From: a virus
Lineage: Duplodnaviria > Caudoviricetes
Length of the DNA: 64,000 bases
Virus record (IMG/VR): IMGVR_UViG_3300044836_000034
Coordinates: 1,330 to 65,329 of that record
Strand: one strand, 5' to 3'
Part shown: in pieces, positions 8,642-18,331 of the stretch
Layout of the letters: every line of letters starts with the position of its first letter
Numbering within the stretch: the stretch's first letter is position 1
Notes under the pieces: generated by a model
What the model was told of the DNA's origin: nothing
What the model saw: the letters and a program-made list of their open reading frames with translations, nothing else
The model's database searches: none
Position numbers and translations under genes: made by a program

Positions 8642-9285
8642 CGGTCGAGTACCTGCTGGCAGAAGTTAATAATTCGCTCCTCGCTCGCCCGTCGGCCGTC
8701 CCACTCTCCGGGATAGTCCGGCCCGTCGTAGCGGTCGGGAGAGTGAAAAGAGACCTGGCCGAAGCCGGGAAGCTCGACGTAGAACACACAAGAGTTTTCA
8801 CAGCCTTCGTCACGGCCCCATCCGTAAGTAATGCCGAGCGCGATCGCGCTCTCGCCGAGCGCCGCTGATAGCTCTCTAAGTGACTCGCCCTTACGACCGT
8901 ACGCGCGCTCGCCGTGGCGCGAGTGGCCGCCGTACATCTTCGCGCGCCTAGACGACTTCTGAGCGCGGAAGAGGAGCACGGCGACCCGGCCCGCAGGCCC
9001 GCGCTTCATAAGCTGAGAGCAGAGGCGGCGCGTCAGGGCGGCGTCAGAGCCTTCGTACACCTCACGAACGCGGAGGCCGCCGGCGATGGCCGCGGCGCGC
9101 GCGCGCCGGCGCTCGGCCGATTCACTTTCAAGGAGCTGCTTGCCGCAGGCCGCGCAGAGGATCGGGCGCGCGGGGCGGTAGAGAATACGGTCTCCTACTT
9201 TGGTCTCGACGCGGCACTCGCCGCAGCGTCCCGAGTACTGGGCGCTCTCAATCCAGCGCGGGCGCGCCTTTGAACGGCGGCTCAT
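8638..9285 (-). CDS. Hypothetical phage protein with N-terminal Zn finger
   Basis: CGEC...CAAC; overlapping starts and stops with both neighbours. Confidence 0.6.
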   Translation of the reverse strand: MSRRSKARPRWIESAQYSGRCGECRVETKVGDRILYRPARPILCAACGKQLLESESAERRRARAAAIAGGLRVREVYEGSDAALTRRLCSQLMKRGPAGRVAVLLFRAQKSSRRAKMYGGHSRHGERAYGRKGESLRELSAALGESAIALGITYGWGRDEGCENSCVFYVELPGFGQVSFHSPDRYDGPDYPGEWDGRRASEERIINFCQQVLDR

Positions 9286-9761
9286 CGCTCCTCAAGCCAG
9301 TGTTTGAGTTGTTGCAGTTGAAAGCCCTGCCCGCCCGACGACAATTCGACGGCGCAGTTCGGCGGCCGCCAGCTCGTGACGGGCACCGCGAACTTGTAAG
9401 ACTGACCGCCGAAGACGAAGGCGCTGGCGGGCTTCCAGATGTTGCAGAAGTTGCGGAGCTTCAGGCACCACGCGGGATGCACGACGCAGCCGACAAGCTG
9501 TCTGTCGTAATACTCAATCGGGTGCGCCCATGGTATCGGGCCGTACTCCGCTGAAATGATCATCACGAGCAGGCCCGGCGCAGCTCTCGCCTTCGTCGCG
9601 CGCCCGAACAGTCGGACGCCTTCACGGCTGTTCGCGGCCTCACAGTACTTGCGTACGACGCGAAACCCGGGCCCGTCGTAGACCTCGGAAGCCGGGCGCG
9701 GTGCGTCGAAGCGGTTCTTGCGCTCCGAGCAACTCATCACGAGCAGGCGTTCGCCGTTCAC
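9282..9761 (-). CDS. DUF6884/YaaA-like protein
   Basis: LLVMSCSERK...ASEVYDG...IISAEYG...YYD; GGAGG RBS and GTGA overlap with the upstream gene. Confidence 0.65.
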   Translation of the reverse strand: MNGERLLVMSCSERKNRFDAPRPASEVYDGPGFRVVRKYCEAANSREGVRLFGRATKARAAPGLLVMIISAEYGPIPWAHPIEYYDRQLVGCVVHPAWCLKLRNFCNIWKPASAFVFGGQSYKFAVPVTSWRPPNCAVELSSGGQGFQLQQLKHWLEER

Positions 9762-10672
9762 GCGCGCACCTCCGGGAACTGGCTCCACGTTCGGCCTTGG
9801 AGTACTCGGCCCGCTCTTTTTTTGCCGACGCGAACCATTAGCGACGCGCGGCGGTCGTCGTCCTCGTCGTTCAGGACCCGACCGTCTATGTCGATGGTCA
9901 TGTGCGGGTGCTTTAGTATCTCGTCGGCGTCGAGGTAGCCATACGTGTAGGAAGCGTATTCGCCCCACTGCTTGAAGAAGAAGGGGACGCCGGCGGCGAC
10001 GCACTGGTCACGCAGCGACATAAACCATTCGGGATGTGACGGCCGAACCTTCTGCTTCTTTTTCCCTGACTCGCCGCCGGTGATGACCTGCACCCTCTTC
10101 CCGAACGCGAGGAAGTCGTCTGGCAGCGTCACAGGGCCGATAAGAGGTTCGAGGGATACGAAGACCGTGCAGCCCATCTCGGCGAGCTGCTTCATGTAAG
10201 GCCACGCCTCATCGAACGTCTCCTGAGTGCCGGCGCTGAAGCCGAGCCAGATGTTATGCGGCGGCGTCTCGATGCCCCTCGCTGCCATCCAGTACTTGAC
10301 GGCCTTCAGCATGACCGCGGGGCGCTTCGTGAGTAGCTGAAAGGTCTGGAGGGGGGCGGCCAGCATCCCATCCAGGAACTCGAATTGCCACGCCCGCGAG
10401 ACCCACTCGCCGAACACGTCCGTCATGCTGGCGACGAAATGCTTGCGCGGCTTACGCTGCCTCTTCCAGCCTTCGATGATTTCACGTTTGAGAACCAGCT
10501 CGGGGGGCTTGCCGGAGTACTTCAGCTTGTTGCCGCCGAAGAAAGAATTAAGGTTGATAGTGGCGGCGTAGCAGTTCGCGCAGAGAAGATTCTTCATGCG
10601 ACACCACCAGCCGCCGATCAAGGCGACGATGATGTTATCCGTCACGTCCGTCCACTCGATGTTTGTGCTCAT
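9758..10672 (-). CDS. Phage Gp37/Gp68 (DUF5131) radical-SAM-like protein
   Basis: MSTNIEWTD, CX6CX2C, FVASMTDVF, LLTKRP, SLEPLIG, GGESG, FFKQWG. Confidence 0.9.
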   Translation of the reverse strand: MSTNIEWTDVTDNIIVALIGGWWCRMKNLLCANCYAATINLNSFFGGNKLKYSGKPPELVLKREIIEGWKRQRKPRKHFVASMTDVFGEWVSRAWQFEFLDGMLAAPLQTFQLLTKRPAVMLKAVKYWMAARGIETPPHNIWLGFSAGTQETFDEAWPYMKQLAEMGCTVFVSLEPLIGPVTLPDDFLAFGKRVQVITGGESGKKKQKVRPSHPEWFMSLRDQCVAAGVPFFFKQWGEYASYTYGYLDADEILKHPHMTIDIDGRVLNDEDDDRRASLMVRVGKKRAGRVLQGRTWSQFPEVRA

Positions 10673-10673
10673 C

Positions 10674-13160
10674 TCAAGCCGTCCGCCTTTCCTCTTCCTC
10701 TTGTCTGCGAGCGCTCAGGCGCTTTGCGGCGCGCTGGTACGGCCGCGGTTGCAACTTGGGCTCGATGAATAGACCCTCGTTGTAGACCTGGACCCGAATC
10801 TCGAACGACGACCTGCGGCCCTCGCGGCCGGCGCGGCGTTGCTCGGCTCTGATGTGCTCACACCTCTTCTGGCCTTCGGTCGTGAGGCCGAAGCGGGTCG
10901 GGTATGCGGGGCCGAACTTCTTCAGCAGTCCCTCGGCCTCGGCGACGCTGACCTCGACGCCCTTGCCGGCGAGCCGCCGACGGATGGCGAGCGCGTCGCG
11001 GTGCCGCTCGATGTAGCGCGCGGAACTCGCCCGGCTCCGCTCCTTATAGTCGGGCCTGTCCTTCCAGTAACTCTTATCCTTATCGGCGTTCCGCGCGCGC
11101 CAGCGGCGCAGATACTCTTTCTTATACTCACGCCTGTGGCCGCGCTCCTTCGCGTTGTGACACTCCTTACAGCGCGGGCGTAGACGGTACTCCCCGTCCT
11201 TACGTGAGCGGACGACGACCATCGCGGCGAGCGGCTTTATCTCGCCGCAGACGTTGCAGCCGTATTTCTTCGGAAGCTCTTCAAGCGTCGCGGCCCGCGT
11301 CAGGACGGTGGCCGCGAACCTGCCCTTCGTACGAAGAGAGGTCTTCGAAGCCTTCTTACGCGCGGCGCTCGCGCGCTCCTTCTGGAGACAGCCGCACGAG
11401 CGCGTGAGGCCCTGCTTCATCGCTTTGCCCGAGACGGTCTTCTCCTTCCCGCAGTCGCAGACCACAAACCATTGAAAGTCTTTGTTCCTGACGTGGCTCG
11501 GGCCTAAGACTTTCAACCTGCCGAAGCGGCGACCAGTGAGGTTCACGAACTTGCGCGCGTTGCGCCCCTGCCACGCCTCAGTCCACGCGCAGCCGCAGGA
11601 CTCCGTGTTGCCCTGCGTCAGATAGCTCGTGCGAACGACCGTCTGCTCCCCGCACGAGCAGTTACAGAGCCACTGCCGATAGCCGCGCGGGGAACTCTCG
11701 ACCTGGCGGACAACTTTGAGCCGCCCGAACGTGAGCCCGGTCAGGTCTTTCAGTCTCCCGCGTCGGCCGAGGTGCATGACGGCGGGAGGCTTGGCCTTCT
11801 TCGCGCGTGGCTTACGCACGCGCGTCAGGTGATCGAGCGGGACGTGATAAATGATGCGCCGGTACTCAGGTCGGCCGTGCGGCTTGACCTTTGGCAACTC
11901 GACGCGGGCCATCCAGCACGGCGGACGCGCCGGAGACTTCTGCGTCGCCGGCATAGACCGCGACGACCAATAGATTGATTTCACCTCGCCCTTACGCTCA
12001 CGAGCGCCGGGCGTCTTGAACTTCCAACCCTTGTCTATCATTACCCAGTGGCCGACCTCGAGCTTCTTATTCTTCTCAGGTCGAGGGCCGGGCAGGGGGG
12101 CGGGAGTGCGCTTACCGTAGGCGGCGGCGACGCGGCCCGCGTAGAACTCATGCTCCGGCCGCGCGCGGTGGTAGGCGTAGCGACGCCAGTCGTAACCCAA
12201 CAGCGCGTAGCAAAGGCGCAGCGCGAGGCTCTTGCGGACGGCCTCGTCCAGCTCCTTCGGGTGTCGCTTCTTCTTCCAGTTGTACTCCTCGACGACGAGC
12301 AGATCGGCCGGGTCGATGTAGATGCATTTATGGCTGCGATAGTAGGGCAGACGGCCGTGCGCCATGTACTTCCGAAAGGTCTCGCCGCTGATGCCCGTCA
12401 CGCGCTCCGCGTGGTTGATCGTCCAGCCCCAACGGCTGTAACTGTTCACGCCTAAGTCGTAGAGTCGCCGTTTGATCGCCGCGTCGGTGCGGCCGCATCC
12501 CGACTCACTCATCAGGCGAACGACCTCGTCGCGCGGGAGGATGCCGACAGACTCCGTGATGAACCAATCCTCGATTGGCCGCCAAGGCATGTCTGTCATG
12601 TCGGTGTGTATGCCGAGTTCGGGGTGCGCGTGGCGAACGTCGAGCCAGAAGTCGCGCATCCCTCTCCAGCGACCGAAGCGCCGTATCGTGTCGAAACCCG
12701 GGTACAGGCCGACTTTGCCCGGCAGCGACTCGTTGCGGTAGCCCTTGATCGCCTCCTGCCACCAGTTCGCGCTCGTGGGCGCCGCGCCGAACCTGCGGAA
12801 GAAGTCCGCGCCGGCCTCTATCATCCGGTCGCGCGTCCAGAGCGAGTGTCGGCCGCTGCGGTGAACGCGCTCGATCGGGATGAGGCCGAGCTCGTGCCAC
12901 GCGTGAGTCATCGAGGCGAAGAAGCGCGACACCTGACTGCCCGGAGGAAAGCGCCGGCGCGCCCCCATCTTATTTGCGTCGTGCGGGCGAACGTCCGCCT
13001 CGTAAGCGTGCAGGTCGCGCGGCAGCCGCTCCGGCTTCTCGCCGTACAGCTCCCTGACGGCGCGGCGCAGGCCGCTCACGACGCGCTCGCGCGTCCACCA
13101 TTGAGGCTTGGGAGGCCCGCGCCTAACTACGCGCGGCCTTGTCTTCATTCTGCGCATCAA
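10674..13160 (-). CDS. 828-aa mosaic DNA-binding protein
   Basis: WTRE/WTRD endonuclease-associated repeats, HTH, two DLTGxxFGRL...CxCG...SCGC units, a CxxC...CxxC finger; no HNH catalytic motif seen. Confidence 0.65.
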   Translation of the reverse strand: MMRRMKTRPRVVRRGPPKPQWWTRERVVSGLRRAVRELYGEKPERLPRDLHAYEADVRPHDANKMGARRRFPPGSQVSRFFASMTHAWHELGLIPIERVHRSGRHSLWTRDRMIEAGADFFRRFGAAPTSANWWQEAIKGYRNESLPGKVGLYPGFDTIRRFGRWRGMRDFWLDVRHAHPELGIHTDMTDMPWRPIEDWFITESVGILPRDEVVRLMSESGCGRTDAAIKRRLYDLGVNSYSRWGWTINHAERVTGISGETFRKYMAHGRLPYYRSHKCIYIDPADLLVVEEYNWKKKRHPKELDEAVRKSLALRLCYALLGYDWRRYAYHRARPEHEFYAGRVAAAYGKRTPAPLPGPRPEKNKKLEVGHWVMIDKGWKFKTPGARERKGEVKSIYWSSRSMPATQKSPARPPCWMARVELPKVKPHGRPEYRRIIYHVPLDHLTRVRKPRAKKAKPPAVMHLGRRGRLKDLTGLTFGRLKVVRQVESSPRGYRQWLCNCSCGEQTVVRTSYLTQGNTESCGCAWTEAWQGRNARKFVNLTGRRFGRLKVLGPSHVRNKDFQWFVVCDCGKEKTVSGKAMKQGLTRSCGCLQKERASAARKKASKTSLRTKGRFAATVLTRAATLEELPKKYGCNVCGEIKPLAAMVVVRSRKDGEYRLRPRCKECHNAKERGHRREYKKEYLRRWRARNADKDKSYWKDRPDYKERSRASSARYIERHRDALAIRRRLAGKGVEVSVAEAEGLLKKFGPAYPTRFGLTTEGQKRCEHIRAEQRRAGREGRRSSFEIRVQVYNEGLFIEPKLQPRPYQRAAKRLSARRQEEEERRTA

Positions 13161-14052
13161 CTCTCCTCAAGACTGAAGCGATGAAGCGGGGGACGGGGCA
13201 CGCCTGACACAGCTCGGTGTTCGTGCCCTCCTGGCAGGTGTCCTCGCACACGTCGTTGAACGCCGCGCCGAGCGTGCCGAAGCTGACTTGACCGAGGCGC
13301 TTCAGGGCTTCGAGCGCCTCCGAGCGGGTGAAGACCTCGTCCTCCGTGAGCATCCTCTTTTTGAGCTTGCGACGCGGGCCCTTCTCGCGTTTGACGAACC
13401 GACGGATTTGCGCCTCAAGCTGCGGCACGGTCAGGAGCTTCGAGGTCGCCATAAGCGCGAAGCGTTCCTGCTCCTTAGGCTCTTCGAGTATGGCGAGAGC
13501 CTTGACCGCCGACATAGGCAGCTCCTGCCGCTCAAATAGCTTCTGCACGCTAGGGGCTAGAGTGAGCAGGGAGAGGCGCGCGTCAACGTATGAGGGCGGG
13601 CAGCCGGTGCGCCTGACGATGTCGGCGCGGCCCGCGCCGAGTCTGCGGAGCATGTCGAAGCCGCGGGCTTCCTGCATGGGCGTGAGGTCGCGCCGCTGTA
13701 TGTTCTCGATCAGCATGATGTCCAACTGCTGGTCGAGAGTCATCTCGCGCACAACGCACGGCAGCTCGCGCAACCTCGCGACGACGGCGGCGGCGCGGCG
13801 GCGGTGGCCCGCGACGATGTAGTAAGCGTCGCGGTAAGGCGTGACGACGAGGGGTTGAATGACGCCGCCGACCGCAGTCATAGACGCCGCCAACTCCATG
13901 CACTCGTCTGGAGCGACCGGCCCACGCGGGTTGTTAGGGTTAGGCAGTAAGCGCCCAATAGGGATGAGCTTGATCACCTCGCCGTCGAGAACGCCGTCGG
14001 GTATTGCACCTCGCCCGTTGGCCGCTTTCGTGGCGTCTACTTCTGTTTGCAT
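13123..14052 (-). CDS. parB: ParB/RepB/Spo0J family protein
   Basis: NPRG...ELAASM...QPLVV...IVAGHRRRAA...IENIQRRDLTPMQEA; start revised to ATG 14052 (AAAGGA RBS). Confidence 0.9.
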   Translation of the reverse strand: MQTEVDATKAANGRGAIPDGVLDGEVIKLIPIGRLLPNPNNPRGPVAPDECMELAASMTAVGGVIQPLVVTPYRDAYYIVAGHRRRAAAVVARLRELPCVVREMTLDQQLDIMLIENIQRRDLTPMQEARGFDMLRRLGAGRADIVRRTGCPPSYVDARLSLLTLAPSVQKLFERQELPMSAVKALAILEEPKEQERFALMATSKLLTVPQLEAQIRRFVKREKGPRRKLKKRMLTEDEVFTRSEALEALKRLGQVSFGTLGAAFNDVCEDTCQEGTNTELCQACPVPRFIASVLRRVDAQNEDKAARS

Positions 14053-14065
14053 AACCTTGGTTCCT

Positions 14066-14482
14066 TTAGAAGAGATTGACCTGGCCATCCTCGTCCACGC
14101 GCGGAGGCGTGGGGCCTGACGAAGTTGAGAGCGCGGCGCGGTTGGCTAACTCTGCCTCGTGCTGCCGTCGCCGCTGCGCGAGCACGTCGGCCTCATAGAC
14201 GGGAGTCAGGCCGAACGCCACACACCACTCGCACGGCCGCGCGACCGGGTCGAGCACGACGGGCGGGTCGTCCTTGCGCCGGCCCGGTACTATCGCCTTA
14301 CGCGGCTGCTTCGCCGCGTCGCAGCCCCACGCGAGGCTATGCTGGCAGCGGAAGCAGAGGACGATCTCCGTCGTGTGGTCGCGCGTCTCGGCGTCGTAGA
14401 CTAGGAAGCGGAAGCAGAGCCCCGCGGGCGACGACGGCGCCGCTGGCGTGTGACTCTGCTTCCGCTGGTTTGAGGACGGCAC
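14066..14482 (-). CDS. Hypothetical Cys-containing protein
   Basis: 138-aa ORF within the operon, CxxC motifs. Confidence 0.5.
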   Translation of the reverse strand: MPSSNQRKQSHTPAAPSSPAGLCFRFLVYDAETRDHTTEIVLCFRCQHSLAWGCDAAKQPRKAIVPGRRKDDPPVVLDPVARPCEWCVAFGLTPVYEADVLAQRRRQHEAELANRAALSTSSGPTPPRVDEDGQVNLF

Positions 14483-14485
14483 GGC

Positions 14486-16372
14486 TTACCCCTTGCTCTT
14501 TGCGCCTGACTTCTTAGAGGCGACCTTCTTCGACGCAGACTTCTTCGACGCGCCTTTCTTGGCCGTGCCCTTCGCCTTTGAGGCCGTCTCAGTGGCCGCG
14601 ACCGCCGCGACCGCTGGCGGGTCGCCATAGACCTTCGGAGCGTCTTTCACACCAGCCTTCCCGGCGCGCACAGCCTCAAGGTGCGCCTCGTGGGCCGGGA
14701 CGTACTTCTTCGGTGACTGCTTCAAACGCTCCTCGGCGTCAATCTCCGCGTACGGGATTTCGTGTTGCTCGGCGAGGGCGACGACGGCGCTCTGACTGAC
14801 CTCGTGATGCATGTATTCGTTCTCGCCGAAGTGTGCTATCGAGGTCAGGAACATGAGCCAGAACAGCTCGCGGTCGTCAATGGCTTCGAGCTTCTTAACG
14901 CACCTCTGCGGGGAGTGATTGCTGTCGTCGATTGGTGAGTTCGGCGCATTCCACTCGCCGCCCATGACAGCCTTCACGACCTGCTTAGTCTTGTATGGCG
15001 TCTGCTGGATAAGCCGCATCGCGATTTGGTTCATGTAGAAGCGGTCTACGGGCCGCAACTCGAAGCTCGCGCCGCCCTCCCTTTTCTCCTTCAGGCGGCG
15101 GAAGACTTCGAGCCGGACGGGTTCGGCGACGCGCATGTTGAACAACTCCTGCTTGCGCTCGTTACGCGTCTCCGTCTCCTTCTGCTGCTCGCGCGGCGAC
15201 TTCGTCGTGGATGAGAGGGAAGCGGCGGGGCGGTTGCCGTGAACCTTGCAACCCTTATCCGCGCAGATGGTCTTCGTGTGGCCGCGGTCGGTGCCGTAGA
15301 CGACGACGGCCGTACGGGAGTGCTCGCACGCGCCCTCCTTCTTTCCCAGTAGACGGTAGGCGTCAGAGTTGAGCGTACCCTTCGGAATGTTAAAGCGCTC
15401 AATCTGGTACGAGCTGAAGTACTGCGATGCGATGAACAGCGCCTCGTGGCTCGTCTCGGCCTTTATCGCGGCGGCGCGCTCCTCGATCCAGCGCCGCATC
15501 TTCAGCTCGTAGCTCACGGAGTTGGTGCAGCGGCCGGAGCCTTTCTCCTTGGCGAAGAGAACGCCGTCGTTCGCCGTGTTGAATCGGCATGTGGCGCACG
15601 CGCCGTTCGGGTAGCCCTCAGGAGCCCAATCCTTCGGCCACGGCGCGCCGTCGAGCTTGAGGTATATTTGAGTCTCAATCTGCTGCTTGACCACTTCGAG
15701 CGGCTGCGCGTGGCCGTAGTCGCCGGGCTCGTCTTTCTTATCGTCCCAGTACTCGAAGACAATCTCCTTGATGACCGCGTCCTGCGTCTCCGGCCCGACC
15801 TTCGCGACTTCGAGCGCGTGGCCGAACGGCAGCACGCCGTCGTGCAGAAGTTTCTGCCCCAAGGCCGAGAGGTCGAGCAGGCGCAGGCGCTGCGCCACGT
15901 ACTCGACTCGCTTGCCGACGCGCGCGGCCAACTCCGCGGTGTCGCGCACGTTGGCGTGCTTAGAGATAATCTTGTAAGCATCGGCCTCCTCAATCGGCAG
16001 AAGGTCGCGGCGCTGGAGGTTCTCGGTCGCCTGTGCAAGCTCGACCTCTTCGGGAGTCATCGCGCGGACTATCGCGGGAATCTCCTTGAGCCCTGCCATC
16101 CGAGAGGCGCGTACGCGGCGCTCGCCGGCGACGAGGACGTAGCGCTTGACCTTGTCGCCCAACTTCTTATCCGGCGGGATGCACAGCAGGATGGGCTGTA
16201 AGACGCCCTGCGCCTTTATCGAGGCCGCCAGCTCTTGCAAGGCCTCGGGCTCGAACTCCTTCCGCACGTTAGACTCGACCTGTATCTGGTCGAGCGGCAC
16301 GCGCATGAAAACGCCCGGCGTGGGCGCTAGGTCTACGGCCGCAGCCTTCTTTGCGGCTCCCTGTTTTGCCAT
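14486..16372 (-). CDS. parB: Large ParB family protein with long C-terminal extension (ICE/plasmid type)
   Basis: NVRKEF...ELAASIKAQGVLQPIL...VAGERRVRA...ENLQRRDL. Confidence 0.9.
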   Translation of the reverse strand: MAKQGAAKKAAAVDLAPTPGVFMRVPLDQIQVESNVRKEFEPEALQELAASIKAQGVLQPILLCIPPDKKLGDKVKRYVLVAGERRVRASRMAGLKEIPAIVRAMTPEEVELAQATENLQRRDLLPIEEADAYKIISKHANVRDTAELAARVGKRVEYVAQRLRLLDLSALGQKLLHDGVLPFGHALEVAKVGPETQDAVIKEIVFEYWDDKKDEPGDYGHAQPLEVVKQQIETQIYLKLDGAPWPKDWAPEGYPNGACATCRFNTANDGVLFAKEKGSGRCTNSVSYELKMRRWIEERAAAIKAETSHEALFIASQYFSSYQIERFNIPKGTLNSDAYRLLGKKEGACEHSRTAVVVYGTDRGHTKTICADKGCKVHGNRPAASLSSTTKSPREQQKETETRNERKQELFNMRVAEPVRLEVFRRLKEKREGGASFELRPVDRFYMNQIAMRLIQQTPYKTKQVVKAVMGGEWNAPNSPIDDSNHSPQRCVKKLEAIDDRELFWLMFLTSIAHFGENEYMHHEVSQSAVVALAEQHEIPYAEIDAEERLKQSPKKYVPAHEAHLEAVRAGKAGVKDAPKVYGDPPAVAAVAATETASKAKGTAKKGASKKSASKKVASKKSGAKSKG

Positions 16373-16424
16373 CGCGTCTCAATTTCCTTTCTCGGGTAGA
16401 TGAAAGACTCGTATATTTTCCGTG

Positions 16425-16691
16425 CTACACATTCGAATCCGGCAGCGTGGCCGCGCGGCATTCGACTTCGGTTTTAGCGGCTTTGAGCGTCTGCCAGCCG
16501 CGGCCATTCTCCGCGTAGACCGGCGCGCCTTCGGGGTCGTAAATCATCCAAGGGAAGAGGGCTGTCGGGTGGCCGCAGTGCTCGACCGTCCAATCGCCGT
16601 AGCGGTGAACGTGGGCCTTGCCATACGGGTCTATTTGCTCTCTCTCCCAATTGACGAGGGGCGCGACCTCGAACAGCAGCTCGTCAGGCAT
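16425..16691 (-). CDS. Hypothetical protein
   Basis: ATG 16691 overlaps the upstream gene end. Confidence 0.55.
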   Translation of the reverse strand: MPDELLFEVAPLVNWEREQIDPYGKAHVHRYGDWTVEHCGHPTALFPWMIYDPEGAPVYAENGRGWQTLKAAKTEVECRAATLPDSNV

Positions 16692-17109
16692 ACGCCCTCT
16701 GGCCCATGCCTTTCTGGCAGTACCAGCATTTGCCGGACAGCAGCTCGTCGTCCGCCGCGCACTCGTCGCCGATGGTCGCGCCACAATCGGAGCAGCGCAG
16801 GCGGATAAGATCGTCGGCGTGGCACGTCGCGCACTCGCCCCTGAACGGCTGCGGCTCCGGCGTCTTCCTGATGTGAGCGAGCGCGTCGAACTCGACGCGC
16901 GCGGCGGGGTGTATCTCGCCTTCAAGTACGTCGGTTACACCGAAGTCTTTAAGGTCGCCCTCGCGGCAGTAGGTCGAGACGATCTTCACGGTCGTGCCTT
17001 CAGGTACGCGGACCAGCTCCTCGACGAGCTTCACGCCGTCGAGCCACCGCCTCGTCATCTCGACGGGGCGGGCGAGGGTCGCGTACCTGTTGACGATTAC
17101 CGCGAGCAT
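16684..17109 (-). CDS. Hypothetical protein with C-terminal Cys cluster
   Basis: CATC, CSDC, CWYC; TGATG coupling at 17109. Confidence 0.55.
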   Translation of the reverse strand: MLAVIVNRYATLARPVEMTRRWLDGVKLVEELVRVPEGTTVKIVSTYCREGDLKDFGVTDVLEGEIHPAARVEFDALAHIRKTPEPQPFRGECATCHADDLIRLRCSDCGATIGDECAADDELLSGKCWYCQKGMGQRAYA

Positions 17110-17228
17110 CAGAGCCAACTCGAAAGCCAATCAATCAGAAGCCAGAGGCCGAGGGCGCCGCCGCTGGCGAGCACGAAGAGGAATGCGACCAGGGCAGGGC
17201 CCGGCCGGCCGCTAGGAGGGCCGCTCAC
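17109..17228 (-). CDS. 39-aa single-TM peptide (absent from the ORF track)
   Basis: GGAGG RBS, GTG start, ALVAFLFVLASGGALGLWLLIDWL, stop overlaps the next ATG. Confidence 0.6.
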   Translation of the reverse strand: MSGPPSGRPGPALVAFLFVLASGGALGLWLLIDWLSSWL

Positions 17229-17898
17229 TCGACACCTCCGCGACTAGGTCGCTAACGTCGTAATAGATGGTGAACTCATCGAGCCCCTTGACGAGCGGGC
17301 TGATGATCTGCACGCGGTCGAAGAGTTTGAGCAGGTCGAGGGAGTACTTCTCGGCGAGGTACTTCATCACGGCCACGTCCGGGCGCGTCGCGCGCTGCGT
17401 GGATATGTGGTCGGCGGGGTTGATAGTGTCGTCGCTGCGCAGGACGACAACCTCTTTAGCGAACTCGCCGTCCAGTGCGCTCTCCCACGCGGGCCGCAGT
17501 ATCTGGAAGGTGTCGAGGTCGGCTTCTACCTCGGCCTCGAAGGTCTCCTCGTCAACGCTCTTCGAGCGCTGGTGAGTGATGACGCTCGGCAACTCGCCGG
17601 AGTGATTGCCCTCGACGTGCTGCGGCGGCGGGAAGTTCTCGAAGGTCATCATCAGTTCGCCGTCCTTCGTCATCACGACGACGATGCTCGGCGCGTGGCA
17701 GTGACCGTTCGGGCAGCGCGCGCAGTCGCCATCGTGCATGTGCATCGAGACCTGCGAGCCGGGCCGCATGTCGTAAGTCGCTATGCAGACCTGCTCGGGC
17801 TTGAATGCGTGCCCGCCGCTGTAGTTGTAGTGGACGTGCAGGCGGTGCTCGTGACCGCCCTCGCTCTCTAATTTGTTCTCAATCTCGGCCATAACCAC
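17212..17898 (-). CDS. Hypothetical His-rich protein
   Basis: 228-aa ORF with several His/Cys clusters. Confidence 0.55.
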   Translation of the reverse strand: MVMAEIENKLESEGGHEHRLHVHYNYSGGHAFKPEQVCIATYDMRPGSQVSMHMHDGDCARCPNGHCHAPSIVVVMTKDGELMMTFENFPPPQHVEGNHSGELPSVITHQRSKSVDEETFEAEVEADLDTFQILRPAWESALDGEFAKEVVVLRSDDTINPADHISTQRATRPDVAVMKYLAEKYSLDLLKLFDRVQIISPLVKGLDEFTIYYDVSDLVAEVSSERPS

Positions 17899-17948
17899 CC
17901 TTCCGGTTCATAAAAAGTATTATCCGACGCCGCGTATATGGTCGGGTT

Positions 17949-18329
17949 TTACTGCCCTGCGACCTTCGGCAACGCGGCGACCTCTTCGGGAGTCATCTCA
18001 ATCACCGACACGGTGAAGACACCGTCAACGTCAGTCCTCATCTCGACGCGCGAGCCAGCGAGGCCGACGTGACGCAGGCGCGAGGCCGCGGCTTCTCTGA
18101 CCTCGTCAACCGTCTTGCAGGTCGAGCCGCCGCCGAGCATGTACTGCTCGTGCGGGCCGAGTAGGACGACGACGACGGACACGTAAAAGCCGCCGTAGAA
18201 GAGTCCGGCCAAGTAGCCGGCCGCCTCGCGCTGCATGCGGTCGCGGCGACCCATCTCGCTGCCGCCGTCGTCGGCGCAGTGAATGATGACGTGACCGCCT
18301 TTGCTGCATTCGACCTTGAAGACTTCCAT
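17949..18329 (-). CDS. Hypothetical protein
   Basis: GAGG RBS before ATG 18329. Confidence 0.55.
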   Translation of the reverse strand: MEVFKVECSKGGHVIIHCADDGGSEMGRRDRMQREAAGYLAGLFYGGFYVSVVVVLLGPHEQYMLGGGSTCKTVDEVREAAASRLRHVGLAGSRVEMRTDVDGVFTVSVIEMTPEEVAALPKVAGQ

Positions 18330-18331
18330 GT

